A stretch of DNA of 64,000 nt from Anthoceros angustus (taxonomy: Eukaryota; Plantae; Anthocerotophyta), in the NCBI GenBank assembly GCA_010909165.1, contig VJWM01000108.1, forward strand, positions 496,001-560,000, written 5' to 3'. Below are positions 1 to 13,400 of this stretch, in pieces. Position numbers and translations under genes: made by a program. Below the pieces are notes generated by a model, which saw only the letters and a program-made list of their open reading frames with translations, had not been told where the DNA came from and searched no databases. Position 1 is the stretch's first letter, and every line of letters starts with the position of its first letter.

Positions 1-1088
1 TTAGTTATTTTCAATTGCACCTATCATTTCTATCGGGGTTATCTTAGGAGAACAAGGCTTCCGAATAGTGAACACCGCCTTCCACCATGCAAATTACTTG
101 ACGCAAGCGAACAGAAAAGCAACCGAGGAAGCAAAACATATGGCAAACACAAGTACATATGTGCCTAGGGACAATGCTAGACAAGGCTTGGCATCCAACA
201 AAAGAACATGCCTACTAACTTTTGGACATACGCCAATTGTATGACCGGCAAAAGTACCTTGCTACAATGCAATACAAGGGGAGCATCCAATTTCCAACTA
301 CCATCCATCTTTGAGTTTCTAGATTCTTAGTTTTCTCATCGGAAACTGGCTTCCACCATTTATCGCCAAGAAAATCAGAAATACGAGGCGGTTCTCATGA
401 GGTTAAATTGTTTTTACGCACTTTTTTTAATGAATTTGGATATTTTATAGATAATTAGAATTCACACCGAGGTCTATTGTTGCAAGTGCCTCAAAAGAGG
501 ATTTTAGTGTATCTTCCGAACCCAGCATATTCTAGGGGCTAAATGGCAAGGAAAGGCACTTCGTAAATATATGCTGCCTCGAGCTCCACCATCGTTGAAA
601 TTCAATGTTCAATCAAGTAGTCGTAGTCGCATCTCCACACACATAATGTGTGTCTGGTTTGTTTTGCAGTTACATATATAGATAGGAGTTCCTGGCCCGG
701 TTATGGCAAACAATGATTTTGCTAGGAATTGAAAAAGAATTGTGCACCATCTTTTGACGAGAGCTCACACTTTAAGAGAATAAGGTTTCAAACCTACTCA
801 ACGAACATAACCCCACCTCAACGAGGTTGTTAACCCACTTGATTTAGATGTGAAGAAGGCTTTTAATAGCCTTCTGGCTTGATCAGCTCTAGCTTTATTT
901 TCTCTTGAGGTCATCACTATTTTGTTCGCATTTATGTCTACAATGCTCATCATGGCGGTGCCCTACGTCCGTTCGATTCGCGGTAGAGAGATATTTCTCT
1001 ATAACGTCCGAGTGGTGTCCTTCTTTTCGGCTTCGGGTTTTTAATGTTAGTATTTTTTGCACAGCGAGATTCTGTCTTCTAAAAGACC

Positions 1089-1213
1089 TGGAGACAATGC
1101 TCAATGGAGAAAATGCTCAATGGAGAAAATGCTCAATGGAGACAATGCTCAATGGAGACAATGCTCAATGGAGACAATGCCCAATGGAGACAATGCTCAA
1201 TGGAGACAATGCT
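1089..1213. repeat. 16-bp minisatellite (TGGAGACAATGCTCAA), ~8 copies
   Basis: Directly visible tandem unit; it explains the repetitive short ORFs 905-1216 and 1057-1323. Confidence 0.95.
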
Positions 1214-4129
1214 TGAAAGACTTTGAATCGTGCCAAGGTTTTGTTTCGCATTGTGTGTATCTTGTCAAGCTTTGTTTCTCTAGTCGCATTTATAGTTGTT
1301 GCAAACACTCCGGCGGCAGATGATCTCGAAGCGCCAGTCTCCTTTGAAGGATTTAGAACAGTACTAGTATTGTAGGGTTGCTAATTTGTGCATCGTCAAC
1401 AAGAAAAACCAGCTGGTGAATTGCCTTGCAATGGAGAGAATTTGCTAATGGATTTTTTTGGTTTTCCCCTAAAATTCAAATGTGTGGTTGTAGTTGAGAA
1501 AATTTGCATTGTTTGATTTTCCCATTAACAAATATATATGTAGATGTAGTGGAAGAAATTGATTGCCTATTAAGAAGTGCTGATAGTTTTTCCAATTGTT
1601 GAGCAAGGTTAAGGGGATAGTAGCTTTCATTGCGATGGAACGTATGAGCTCCACATATCAGCGAGCATTGATTCACATATCAATTTTGCTCTTGATTTAC
1701 TCCATGAAGAAGATAATAACAAGGAAACCACCTAAAGAATGAAAGTTGGTCTAGATGTCTAGAATCTACATCTTGTAGCTTCCATGCAATTGCAAGAGTA
1801 AGTGCACCATGTAAATGTCAAAGTACCCAGCCAACCTCTATGGCTCTACGATAAACCTACCAGCCAACGAGCTTCAGACCGCTACTTATACATACGCCGA
1901 TGCAGCTACTATCCTCGCTGGCCCTTACTATCATCGTCATCCCAGGGTAAAAAGTTCACGATTTTGGTAATGCAACTTAACGCCACTAATCATAACTACA
2001 CTAATATAGTGATATTTTTTAATAGGTCAACTATGTGCCTGGCAGTGCGTGTTAGGCACCACTAGCCCTCGAAGGTAGGTGGTGTTCCGACACCACTAAC
2101 CGTGCTACATCGACACCACGGTAGTGCAACTACTACAGCACCACCGATTAATGTAAAATGCTTTTAGTCGTGTCAACCGATTACAAACTGCCAACAATCC
2201 ACCAGCGTTGTAATGTAGAACCACCCTTAATAAATGCTTTGACACATGCGGCTGTGAAATCTAGTGGCTCCTACTTTGCGGGACCCTGGCTAGTTTAAAG
2301 TCGCATGGAAAACATAAGCCGCGTACGGGCCTTGCGAATCTGCCTTAACCCGCTGTGCTATCCATTTCTTACACAAACACCGTGTTAGCACTTACTGATA
2401 TCCAAACCGGCTAAGCTTATCCAAACCCTTCTCCTTCCGCATTTGCTTGTGCAGAATATGCATGTTGAGCGAAGCAGTGTCAAAGCAAAACATGAGCAGA
2501 TTGATATACCACTTTTGTGTTGACAGCGGAAATTCTTAGGGCCTAGGTTAGTAGGCCAACACATGCGAGCAGGGACTGGCTCGGAGGACATGGCTCACAG
2601 ATGGAAGCAAACACAGAGGGCGAGGGCTCCTAAGCTGACACCAGTGCTCAAGGACAGGTTTATAGACCTCTAGCGGTGGATGAAGGAGTGAAGACAACAT
2701 GACTACTATCGGCATGTGGAAGGTATTACCGCTTGTTAGCTGTTTCCCTTGGATCACCTTTAATGTTCGAGGAAGCAACTACCCCCACGTCTTGAGGTGA
2801 GAGAGATGGTGGAGGGTCCAGCCAAATTGTGTCACACAACTCTCCATTGACATCTTCGGAAAATCCATAAGGGTAGCCTTTCTCCCACCATTCTGACTAG
2901 CGCTAAGAGGTAAAGCGCATTCAACTCGCCAACGGTGTCGGAAGGCCTAGGTTGGTAGCAGCTGGATGTAACTGCATCCAGTCCTTGCTTAACATTCCAA
3001 TCATAGTAGCTGCATTCGCATCGGAGCTAGCATCTTGACTATTTGCCCATGTACCGATAATATTTGCAGCTGCAACGCGATGCACACGTAGAGGCGGTGG
3101 AGGAGTAATTGAATGCAGAGGCAGAAAGAAAAGGCCAAGAGAGAGCCATGAGTAGAGAAGAGACCTAGTAATAGAAGATACAGGTGGTTTACATACTAGG
3201 TGACAAATGTTTTTAGTGAATTCGAAGACTTTATAGATATTTTAAAGTATACCTCGAAGTCCCGCATTGGGATTTTAATTTGGCGTAACTCCGTAGGACA
3301 GTAAGTATTGGTGGCCCCGCACACTACGGGGACTTGTGGAGCTTTGATCTTGAGTAACCTCGCAAAGCACTAATAACTGACGGCCCCATACTACTACATG
3401 TGGTAAAATCTACCTACCCTACCTTTGTGCCCTACCATTCTACCGCCTACACTCGGTTCTACTGCGCTCTTGTGCCTGGGTGTCAACTTTGCTGACTCGC
3501 AAATTGTCTCGGGCTCTGGGGCACAAAAAGGTTTTCCCCGTGTCCGTTCCAATATTCTTCCCAGGTTGCATGGTTTTCGGTAAAGTATGTGATAAATTCG
3601 ATAGAAGTAAAAAATAATTTAATTTTCACCGAAAGGTGTGGCCCCTACGGTACTGTTAAAGCTGCTTTGACTTAATAGGGGTAGTACACACATTCACACA
3701 TGCAAATTTAGAAGGTTAGTACCTGCCTACATACACATATGCTTGACATATCAGAATATGCTCATGTCTGGCAGAACGGGATGCAGGGTGAGCGCATGAT
3801 CATACATGCATGGCAAGATGTGCTCGTTCACTACAGTAATTATCACGGGCAGACAGATACATTCTCTAGGTTTTCCCAGTTAGTATAACGCAACAAGTGC
3901 ACAACAGTTTCACGATAGCAGGGTCTGCCCAACGGGTTTCGTTGAGGGGCGTACTGATGATGGTCGAGCACATACTATTGCACGCACCACTTCACCACAG
4001 TATGGCCATACAGACGAGGGCCTTGGCTTTAATGTCGAGGAGATGGCCTGTGGCCAAGACAAAGGGCATGGGGCTGCTGGCTTGTTCCTGCTAAATTCCA
4101 TTCAACTCTGAGTACAATACCAATTTACA

Positions 4130-4237
4130 AGAAGAAATGTGAAGACTTTATAAAAAGAATGTTTAGAAGAAGAAATATGGAGATTTTATAAAAAGAATGT
4201 TTAGGAAAAGAAATATGAAGACTTTATAAAAAGAATG
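4130..4237. repeat. ~38-bp AT-rich tandem repeat, 3 copies
   Basis: AAGAAATRTGRAGAYTTTATAAAAAGAATG repeated three times. Confidence 0.85.
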
Positions 4238-4893
4238 AGATGGGAAATTCCATCTACCCTGAGACGAAAGGGGACAACCCACAACGGGGCTCCAGGCCAG
4301 GGGGCGTGCTCCGCACTAATCTACCTTGTAATCTTCAACCGCACCCAATTTAAAGGGAGCTGGAGGCATCCTTTCTCACGCTTAAGCAATTGACTAACAC
4401 CACGCAGATTGTAAACATACACTCATATTACCTCATTCCCGGCTACACACGCACAGGCATTCATGGCTACTCCTAACTCTGAAAAATCCTTGCCCTATCA
4501 GTACCTAATAAGATAAGTGCTCCGTTGGTGGGTTAAATGAACAGTTGCATAAATTTGTGACACCGACGAGCATGAGGTGTGAAAAGGGCGAGTGAAAAAG
4601 CGGGGAGTAGTAACGACGAAAGGTACCCAGTTTGAAATAGGTGCTGAAAGCTTTGCAGGCTTGTCCGTGTGGAAGGTGCCGTATTACCGCAAAAGGGGTG
4701 GAATGTTGGACCCCTTCGAAGGCCTTGGTCCCGACTCCCTCTCCTTCCCCTACCGCTTTCTTTGTTCTTGCCGGGTAGTCTGGGCGTCAGCCTAGTGCCG
4801 CAGATTGGCAGGCATTTGCAGGGTTTTGTAGGAGCAAGTTCCAGAGGGGTCCAGACTGTGTGCAGGCCAGGCCTAGGTTCTAGTAGCAGCAGT

Positions 4894-7048
4894 ATGGGGA
4901 GTGCCAGCAAGGAGGAGGCGGATGTCAAGTCGGAGGATGGCGGAGAAGAGCAGCTGAAGCGAAAGGACTCTGGTCAGTTTGCTGAGGGCGACAAGGTGCT
5001 GGCTTACCATGGCCTTCTTATTTACGAAGCAAAGGTGGTCTTTCCGTCTCAGACTCACACTGCTGGGCCACCAGCCCTTCTGCTTGTTTAATGTTCCTCA
5101 ACCTACTTGTGCCGCAATTGTGTTGTGCTTTTGTCGTGTGCTCACATACTGACGTGCCTTGTGCTTCTTGCAGATTCAACGTGCTGAGTATCGGAAGAAA
5201 GAGTGGAAGTACTTTGTGCACTACCTGGTCAGTTTCTTGCAATACCTGGGTTGGACGAGTCGCTAGTTTCCGAGTCTTCCTTTGCCGGATGTCGTCACTT
5301 TCTTCAGCTCACTGTGTGTGTTTTGGTTTTCTGCAGGGCTGGAATAAAAAGTGAGCCTCCTTCTACTAGTTAGCATGTGGTGGCATGCCGAGACAAAAGT
5401 GTTTTTATCGTTGCTGTCTTACTCGCTATTGATCATGAAGTTGTCCCTCTGGTATTGAAGTAATTTGTGGGGCTGTTGCTTCTACGAGTTATGTGGGATG
5501 ACGTGCTTGCAAATTGAGTTGAGATGAAAGAGTGCTTGGGGTGTGGGTTCTGACGAGATGTGATATTGTGATGATTGGGCATGAAGAATAGCTGGGATGA
5601 ATGGGTAGGAACGGATCGCCTCATGACTCTTACAGAAGCAAATCTAGAGAAGCAAAAGAAATTATTCAAAAGTCAGAACGGAGAGAAGAATAAGGGACGC
5701 ATTTCCCAAGGCAAGAAAAGCGCTCCTTCTGGTAAGACCTGGTTTAATGCAGGATAATGTGCTGAATATGTGCGGGTGGAATGCTGACTCTGATGTGTTC
5801 ACCCATGTAGAGATGAAGTCTGAAAAGGAGGAGAAATCATCTGGTAAGGTTTCCATTTATGATCAATATGATTGAAGTCTGAGAGGCTTTTTTCGCTGTT
5901 TGAGGTCCTTTGGCTGAAACCCGTGTCTAGAGAAAATGCTCATGCAGGACTATTTGTCAGTGGAGCTCTTGAGCTTACCATTTCGTTTTGCTGTTGTTTT
6001 ACAGTGAGTAAAGGGAAGAAGCGCAAGGCTGATTCAATGGTTGAGGTCAGTCTCTTAAACCTTTTCATGCATCCAGGCTCCGTGCTTGTGTTCGACCTGG
6101 AAAGTATTCTGATTGGTTGTACTCAATACAGGAAAGGGAGAAGGAGACAGAGGAACCAGATCAAGTCATGAAAATACCTTTACCTGGTACCCTGAAGAAG
6201 AGGCTTGTTGACGAATGGGAATTCATCACCCAAATGGGGAAGGTGATGGTTGTTATGGGCTGTGGGCAGTTTTGGTTGTCTTAACTTTTGCTGTGTGTGG
6301 TGCGAACCTGCCTATTTTTCCTCACTTTGTAACAGTTAATTAAGCTCCCAAGAAGCCCCTGCGTGGATGATATTCTCAAGAGATATCTGGAGTTCAAATC
6401 TAAGAGGGACAATGTGTAGGCACACTGTTTCCGTATTTTAACTTTCAATTCCTGCTGTGTCTTCATTGAGTGGCTTGTGGGTTAATATACCTACTTCTTG
6501 CACTAAAGTAGATGGTTGTTTTGCAGAGTTGGTGACTCGCTTGCAGAAATCCTTAATGGGCTACGCAGTTACTTTGATAAGGCTCTGCCAGCTATGCTTC
6601 TTTATAGGCAAGAGCGTGAGCAGTATGCCGAAGCTGTTCCAGAAGACAGCCCTCTTGCACCTTCCTTCATCTACGGGGCAGAACATCTCCTCAGACTTTT
6701 TGGTTAGGCCACGAGCCGTTTATTTCAGCAGATGGTTCTGGTGCTATATTTCCAATACTCAGATTGTTTCCCTGACTCATGCGCAGTCAAGATTCCTGAG
6801 CTGCTGGCATTCACAAATATGGAGGAGGAGGCTTTGACTCAGCTCCAGCAGAAGCTGACCGACTTTCTGAAGTTAGTGTCTGCACTTGTGTACTGTTACG
6901 GAACCAACGCGTTTCATTTTCATTTGGGGGTCGCTGACTATAGTTGTTGTTTGATAGATTCCTGCAAAAAAATCAAACGAATTTCTTTCTTTCGTCGTAT
7001 GATGGCGTCAAACCAGAGTGCGGTGGAAAGAAGGAATCGAAGAGTTAG
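4894..7048 (+). CDS. MRG1: MRG-family (MORF4-related) chromatin reader: chromo/Tudor-knot domain plus MRG domain, multi-exon
   Basis: Spliced translation FAEGDKVLAYHGLLIYEAK|IQRAEYRKKEWKYFVHYL|GWNK|NWDEWVG is the chromo barrel. LPGTLKKRLVDEW, GLRSYFDKALPAMLLYRQEREQY and YGAEHLLRLF|VKIPELL are MRG-domain motifs. GT-AG introns; stop TAG at 7046-7048. Confidence 0.93.
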
Positions 7049-7400
7049 CTGGCATCTTGCACATATCGGAGGAGTAGGTGCAGCACAGAGGTTTTAAACG
7101 TCCACTCCTAGTACTGAACATTAAAAAAGGGTTTCTGGAATTTGTACATTATTGTGCACGTGGAAAGCAAGTAAACTTTTCAGTGTTTAAGGTGGCGAGT
7201 TCTTGAGCACCTGCAGTGTTGTCCGACTGATCTCTGAGATCGGTTGCATCCCATTTCGTCTAATGGCGGGGTACATAAGAAAGCTCCATTATATCCCTGA
7301 GTGAATAGTGGTCACACTTTCAGTCTCCCAGTCCACCTATCGCCAATGAGGGACAAGCAGAAAGTTGACAGCAGCGTTACTGCAAGGAAACTCGAGACGT

Positions 7401-10400
7401 TTAGTCACTTCCCCATCTTCGCTTCCTCGCCGGTCTCTCTTGTTTCACTTCAACAGTCTGCGTCTGATTATTATTATTTTCGCTCTGCGGCTTTCTTGAC
7501 TCGGAGAATTTTCTCCGCAACCGTTCCTTTCGGTCTTCCGCCGCTGAGTGCTCCTGCTTCTTCTCAACATCAGCACTCTCAGAGGTCTCGACTCCCTTCT
7601 TCGGAAGGATATCGCCGGGATTATGATCTGACCACTCCCTACCTCTTGCTTCTGATGCTTGTCGACCAGTTACGTTACTCTCTTGCACTTTGCCGACTAC
7701 CTTCTTTCTGGCCCTCGCACTAACATTAACCAATTGGTGCCTTGTCTTGCCTGAGCTGCTACCTTCAGCAACCTGTTCACAGACATCACCTCGGTCAACC
7801 TTTGTGGCAACCTTGCACCATTAGTTAGTGCTAGTTATCAGAAGCTGCATTACCTTGTCATCCCTGGTCACCAACTCCAGGTCATTTGAGCTTTTCTTAC
7901 GAACTCTTGACCTCACGCCGCCCCGACCTCTGAGACCGTTCACTTGGTAGTCATCCACAACATTATTAACAGCCTGCACAAGCAGGGTCAGGGAAATTCA
8001 ACATGAAGATACAATTTCAGGTCTTCGATGATCTATTATCACGACAGGCACAACACGCTGCCCTCCCTCAAAACTCTACCTTTTCTGTGGCAACAGTAGA
8101 ATGCAGGGAATCAATTTTCTCTTCCTGCGGGTATCCACATTGAAATCCTCCAAAGAATCAACACCAACTGCCTTATCATCTGCCTTCTGCCTGAGATCCT
8201 TATCCCTTATCCTCCTTTGATGGCCGTGTATCTGAGCTCCTATAGTGATCAATTGGCTCTCGTGTTGACTCTCGAATGGACTCCCGCCCTGATTCCTGCA
8301 CGGATTCTCGTGCAGATTCACGTCCAGAGTCTCGTGCCACTTCTCGTCCAGAGTCTCGTGCTGACTCTCTCCCTGACTCACGTGCTGCTTTTCGACTTGC
8401 CTCCCGAACCGATTCTCTCCCTGAGTCTCGTGCCACTTCTCGCCCTGACTCTTGGGCTGACTCTCTTGTGGATTCTCGCCCAACTCCCTGCTGATTCTCT
8501 TCCCAGATCTCGTGCAGAATCTCGGCCTGACTCTCTTGCAGAATCTCGGCCTGACTCTTCCAGCCTTCGCCCGGACTCTCTTGCACTTTGCCGACTACCT
8601 TCTTTCTGGCCCTCGCACTAACATTAACCAATTGGTGCCTTGTCTTGCCTGAGCTGCTACCTTCAGCAACCTGTTCACAGACATCACCTCGGTCAACCTT
8701 TGTGGCAACCTTGCACCATTAGTTAGTGCTAGTTATCAGAAGCTGCATTACCTTGTCATCCCTGGTCACCAACTCCAGGTCATTTGAGCTTTTCTTACGA
8801 AACTCTTGACCTCTACGCCGGCCCCGACCTCTGAGACCGTTCACTTGGTAGTCATCCACAACATTATTAACAGCCTGCACAAGCAGGGTCAGGGAAATTC
8901 AACATGAAGATACAATTTCAGGTCTTCGATGATCTATTATCACGACAGGCACAACACGCTGCCCTCCCTCAAAACTCTACCTTTTCTGTGGCAACAGTAG
9001 AATGCAGGGAATCAATTTTTCTCTTCCTGCGGGTATCCACATTGAAATCCTCCAAAGAATCAACACCAACTGCCTTATCATCTGCCTTTCTGCCTGAGAT
9101 CCTTATCCCCTTATCCTCCTTTGATGGCCGTGTATCTGAGCTCCTATAGTGATCAATTGGCTCTCGTGTTGACTCTCGAATGGACTCCCGCCCTGATTCC
9201 TGCACGGATTCTCGTGCAGATTCACGTCCAGAGTCTCGTGCCACACTCGCCCAGAGTCTCGTGCTGACTCTCTCCCTGACTCACGTGCTGCTTTTCGACT
9301 TGCCTCCCGAACCGATTCTCTCCCTGAGTCTCGTGCCACTTCTCGCCCTGACTCTTGGGCTGACTCTCTTGTGGATTCTCGCCCCAACTCCCTCGTTGAT
9401 TCTCTTCCCAGATCTCGTGCAGAATCTCGGCCTGACTCTCTTGCAGAATCTCGGCCTGACTCTCTTCCAGCCTTTCGCCCGGACTCTCTTGCAATTTCTC
9501 GCCCAGACTCTCTTACAGTTTCTCGCCCAGACTCCCTTACAGGTTCTCGCGCAGACTCTCTTACAGTTTCTCGCCCTGACTCTCTTGCAGTTTCTCGAAC
9601 CGACTCTCTTGCAGATTCCCGCACCGACTCTCTTGCAGATTCCCGCCCCAACTCTCTTGCAGATTCCCGCCCCGACTCTCTTGCAGATTCCCGCCCCGAC
9701 TCTCTTGCAGATTCCCGCCCTGACTCTCGTGCAGCTTCTCGCCCGGAAAGACCTCCAGGCTGAGAAGACCTGTCATCATTCCTTCGAGAGGGATATCTCG
9801 AGTGCACATAATGCTCTCTTTCAGAGCCTCTAGTCCATCCATTTCTGTGTTTAGAGTAAGCTTGATCATCAGACTCTGGGCCCTCTTTACCACGTGAATC
9901 ATCCCTCCGTGACGCAGACCTTCCACTTTCCCTTCCCCTACTCCGTTCAGACGTAGAAGTAGGCACTTCGTGGGGCGTATCTTTTTTCTGGCTCCAATAG
10001 GATCTTTCCCCATTTTCCTGGGTGCCCTTCACGTTATCTGATCTTCTCTGAGCCGATTCAGATTTGGATCTGTATGAACTGTCAAAATCTCGTCTTTGAG
10101 AGTGAGAACTTCCTTCTTGCTTCTCTCTCCTGGACTGTAACTCAGATTTCCTTTCCCTTTCTTCTCTCTGCCTTGAGTTGCTTCCCCTTGCCTCCAGCCT
10201 TCCATCATCCAGTTTCCTCGTCTCCACACTTCGCTCCCGCTTGTCCTGTCTATATTCCTTCTTTGCATGGACCTGTGAATCATGCTTACTGGCTTCAAAT
10301 CGCAACCCACCTTCACTACCTGAGCTTTCATCACGAGCATCACACCGGTCATTAGAAAGCTCTAAACTGCACCCTGAATCCTCCTGGCTTGCACTGTTCT

Positions 10401-13400
10401 TCCTGCTGCTCGCCTTGGGGACGTATTCCCTTCCAGATCTTGCAGACTTATCTGGCAGCTCATGAGTCTTCTGCCGCTTAGGATACTGCACAGGCTCATC
10501 TACATCCTGTTCCTCAAGATCATCAGCCTCATCCCCTAAGCCTTGGGACCGTTTATGCTCTTGCTCACCAGAGTGCTCTTCTTCTTCATGGTACCCTACT
10601 TTACACATTTTGGAGCGGATTGCTCCACTGTCTCTATCTTCAAAATCATCTGTCTCCCATGGTCTGCTGTTTTCTGAGTCTTTAACAGTTTCCAGGACAC
10701 CTCTTCGTCCCCATCCACCTGGCCCCCCATTGCTTGGCTCATCATCCCCCATCGGCATGTGTCCTGGCTGTTTAAGGTGCCCTGGCTGTGGTGAAGGAAA
10801 TAGAGGGGGTGCCCCTCGCCTGCAAGTTAAGAATAGCAGCTAGTTATATCCTCAGAGTCTTACAAGACTTTCAGTCGATTCATGACATCAAACTCAAAAC
10901 TAACACCTAGCCTGGCTAACTTTTCTGGGTGGCAGACTTCACCTTGGAGGTTCGATAAATTCTGGGTGACGAAGACCAAAGGCATCTTGCCGAGGCCCTC
11001 CCGCTAAGAGGGCCCCTGGCCTTGGCCCTCCATAAAGAGGCCGCCTTCCTGATGCACCCCTGCAAGCATCCTCACAGAGTGGACAATTGTTATCTTGCTC
11101 AGTGACATTGAGGTCATAATACATTGACATAATACAAGGGACCAGCATACCGGCCAAGAGGAGGAAGACAAAACTGTTCCCCTGGAAGCACCCCATAACC
11201 TGGTGTTGGACCTTGATGTGGCCCAATCATGCCACCAGTTAAAAGGTGGCGTGAGCCATCCATATCTCTCCGGTGTCCAGAAGCTCCAGGTGCACCTGCT
11301 CCCAAGACACTTGGGTCTCTGTCCCACATATCATTCGCTGGTCCAAAAGACTGGGGTTCTGGCTCGGCTGCAGCCCCTTCATTGACGTCCCTTTCCTCCA
11401 GGTATGCAGCCTCTTCCTGCTGTAAGGGCACGTCATTGTCCTCTTCAGCATCTTGGGGCATGATCTGAACCAATCAGAGTCAAAGACATGGTTACAGAAA
11501 GCATGTAGAGACAGACAACCACTCATTGAGGTGGCAGAGTTGATAAACATGTTAGCTGAGCTGGCCATTTCAGTAAGGAAAGTCCAAGCTGAAGCAGAAC
11601 TTCCAACCTGAATCACAGCATCTGAATCACGAGTCCGTTGTCGACGCACATCCACAGAGGGGCGCCTTTCTGCTCCTCCTCCTTCTACTTGAATAGCACG
11701 ACCTGTTGGCTGTGAAACAAACTTTGATTAGGAGTTTCCCACAATCCAATACCTCTGCTGTCAATACCTTGGAAGCACAAGCAGCTGACCTCCATGGAGA
11801 TATGGGACGAGGCAGAAAAACCAACACTACTGCCTCCAAGAAAGACTGCTAGCCACAACCAACCTCTCCACTGTAAAAGAGGTCTGGCTGGTTTACCTGC
11901 ATAGCATGAAGCCATGCTGCTCCACGACCCCCTCCCTCATTAGCAAGTCTTGCCCCAGGTCCTGACCCAGCATTACCATCCAAGCCTCGTTCTTGCATGT
12001 TCTTGGAATCACCAAACGCATCAAGCATACCAGCAGCAGCAGCTAGTTCTGGTGGAAGATCTGGATCATAAGCCTGCTTCCCACAAAGAAGCTCTCAGCA
12101 CACTTGTCACTCATGGAGTTGATATGGCACTCGTGACTATCAGTTTACTTGGCACAAAACTCAAAGCCAGCCACATACACAGTTGTTACGAAAAAACACT
12201 CACTAAAAAAAAAGGAAAAAACCACTCACTAGCACTTATTGCAGTCATGCAGCGTAACTGAACTGAACAGGAGGGACAGCAAAACCTGCTCAGAGCGCCC
12301 ACTCTCGTAAACACGAATTTTGCTTTGCATTGTAGCTTCCACACGCACTTTTGACTGAAGAAAACCAGGACTCCGAATCAAAATATGCATGCTAGATGCA
12401 AAGGGTGGTGCTGAATCTTCAAAGCAAGATAGAAAAGTATTAAAGTCTTCAGAAATCACTTACCAGGCGACGGCAGTAATGCTTCCAAGACACTTCATCG
12501 AAACCATAATTGAAATAGTCAGTGATGTCCACGCCTGTCCGCCTCCATGGTTTGTCCTCCAGAGAGTCAACATCAATATCAAATACTGTCCTGCAGCAAA
12601 CCCCAACATGAACATGGCTGTGATGAATAGAATGCTTTCTCTTACACTCCACACTGGTGCACAATAAGCTTATCCGAGCACCTCCAGATAAAACCGCTGC
12701 TTGCAAAGATCAGTCCTTACTTCGTGGGTGGAAGATTAAAGTCTCCGTAATTGAGAAAAGGCTGGGATCCAGTGGCATCGTTGCCATACCGATTACCCCT
12801 AGGCTGTCCAGCCCTGCGAGGTCCACCTCCAGCACCATTCGACTCCCCCCTGCCTGCGGAGCCTGGCGCAAGCCACTCTCCGGCAGGAGCCCGGCCCCCT
12901 GCCGCTCCCGAAGTTGCTGGGGTCTGTGGTCCTCCAGGTTTCGCACTTTGCCTCACATACTGCAGATTCACACGACCAAAGGTCATCCATCAAGCAAATA
13001 CGCATCCCGCAGTTCAGGCTCAAAGGTGTCTAGCAGAGCGGTGCATGGTAACATCACCCTCACCTTGAACTGCGCATGATGAGGCTGCTGGGCATGGTAC
13101 CCTTGTCCACTGTAACCGATACGGGGCGATGCCACAGCTGTGGCCGTCTTAGGAGTACCACCTTTCTCTTCCCCCGGAACCCCAGCAGCTTCCGCAGGCG
13201 TGGTGGCAGCAGATGCCACGGCCACCACCTGCCCGGGGGACGCAGGAGGCGACTCCTCCCATTCTTTCCCCTCCCCCGCTTCCTTGCTTGCAACTATGAC
13301 CAGATTACCTTCATCCTCCTCATCTTCATTCTCGCCATCCCCCTCTCCATCGGCGTAAGCTTCCGCCGAAGTGTTCAAGACAATCTTAAAGTCATCATCC

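Noticed and set aside
1089-1213. CRISPR-like appearance of regular repeats (also 59055-59340)
   Set aside because: The units are head-to-tail without unique spacers, there are no cas genes, and the context is eukaryotic.
1-2400. Possible decayed TE or gene remnant
   Set aside because: No recognisable gag, RT, integrase or transposase motifs in the frames I could read; only short ORFs.
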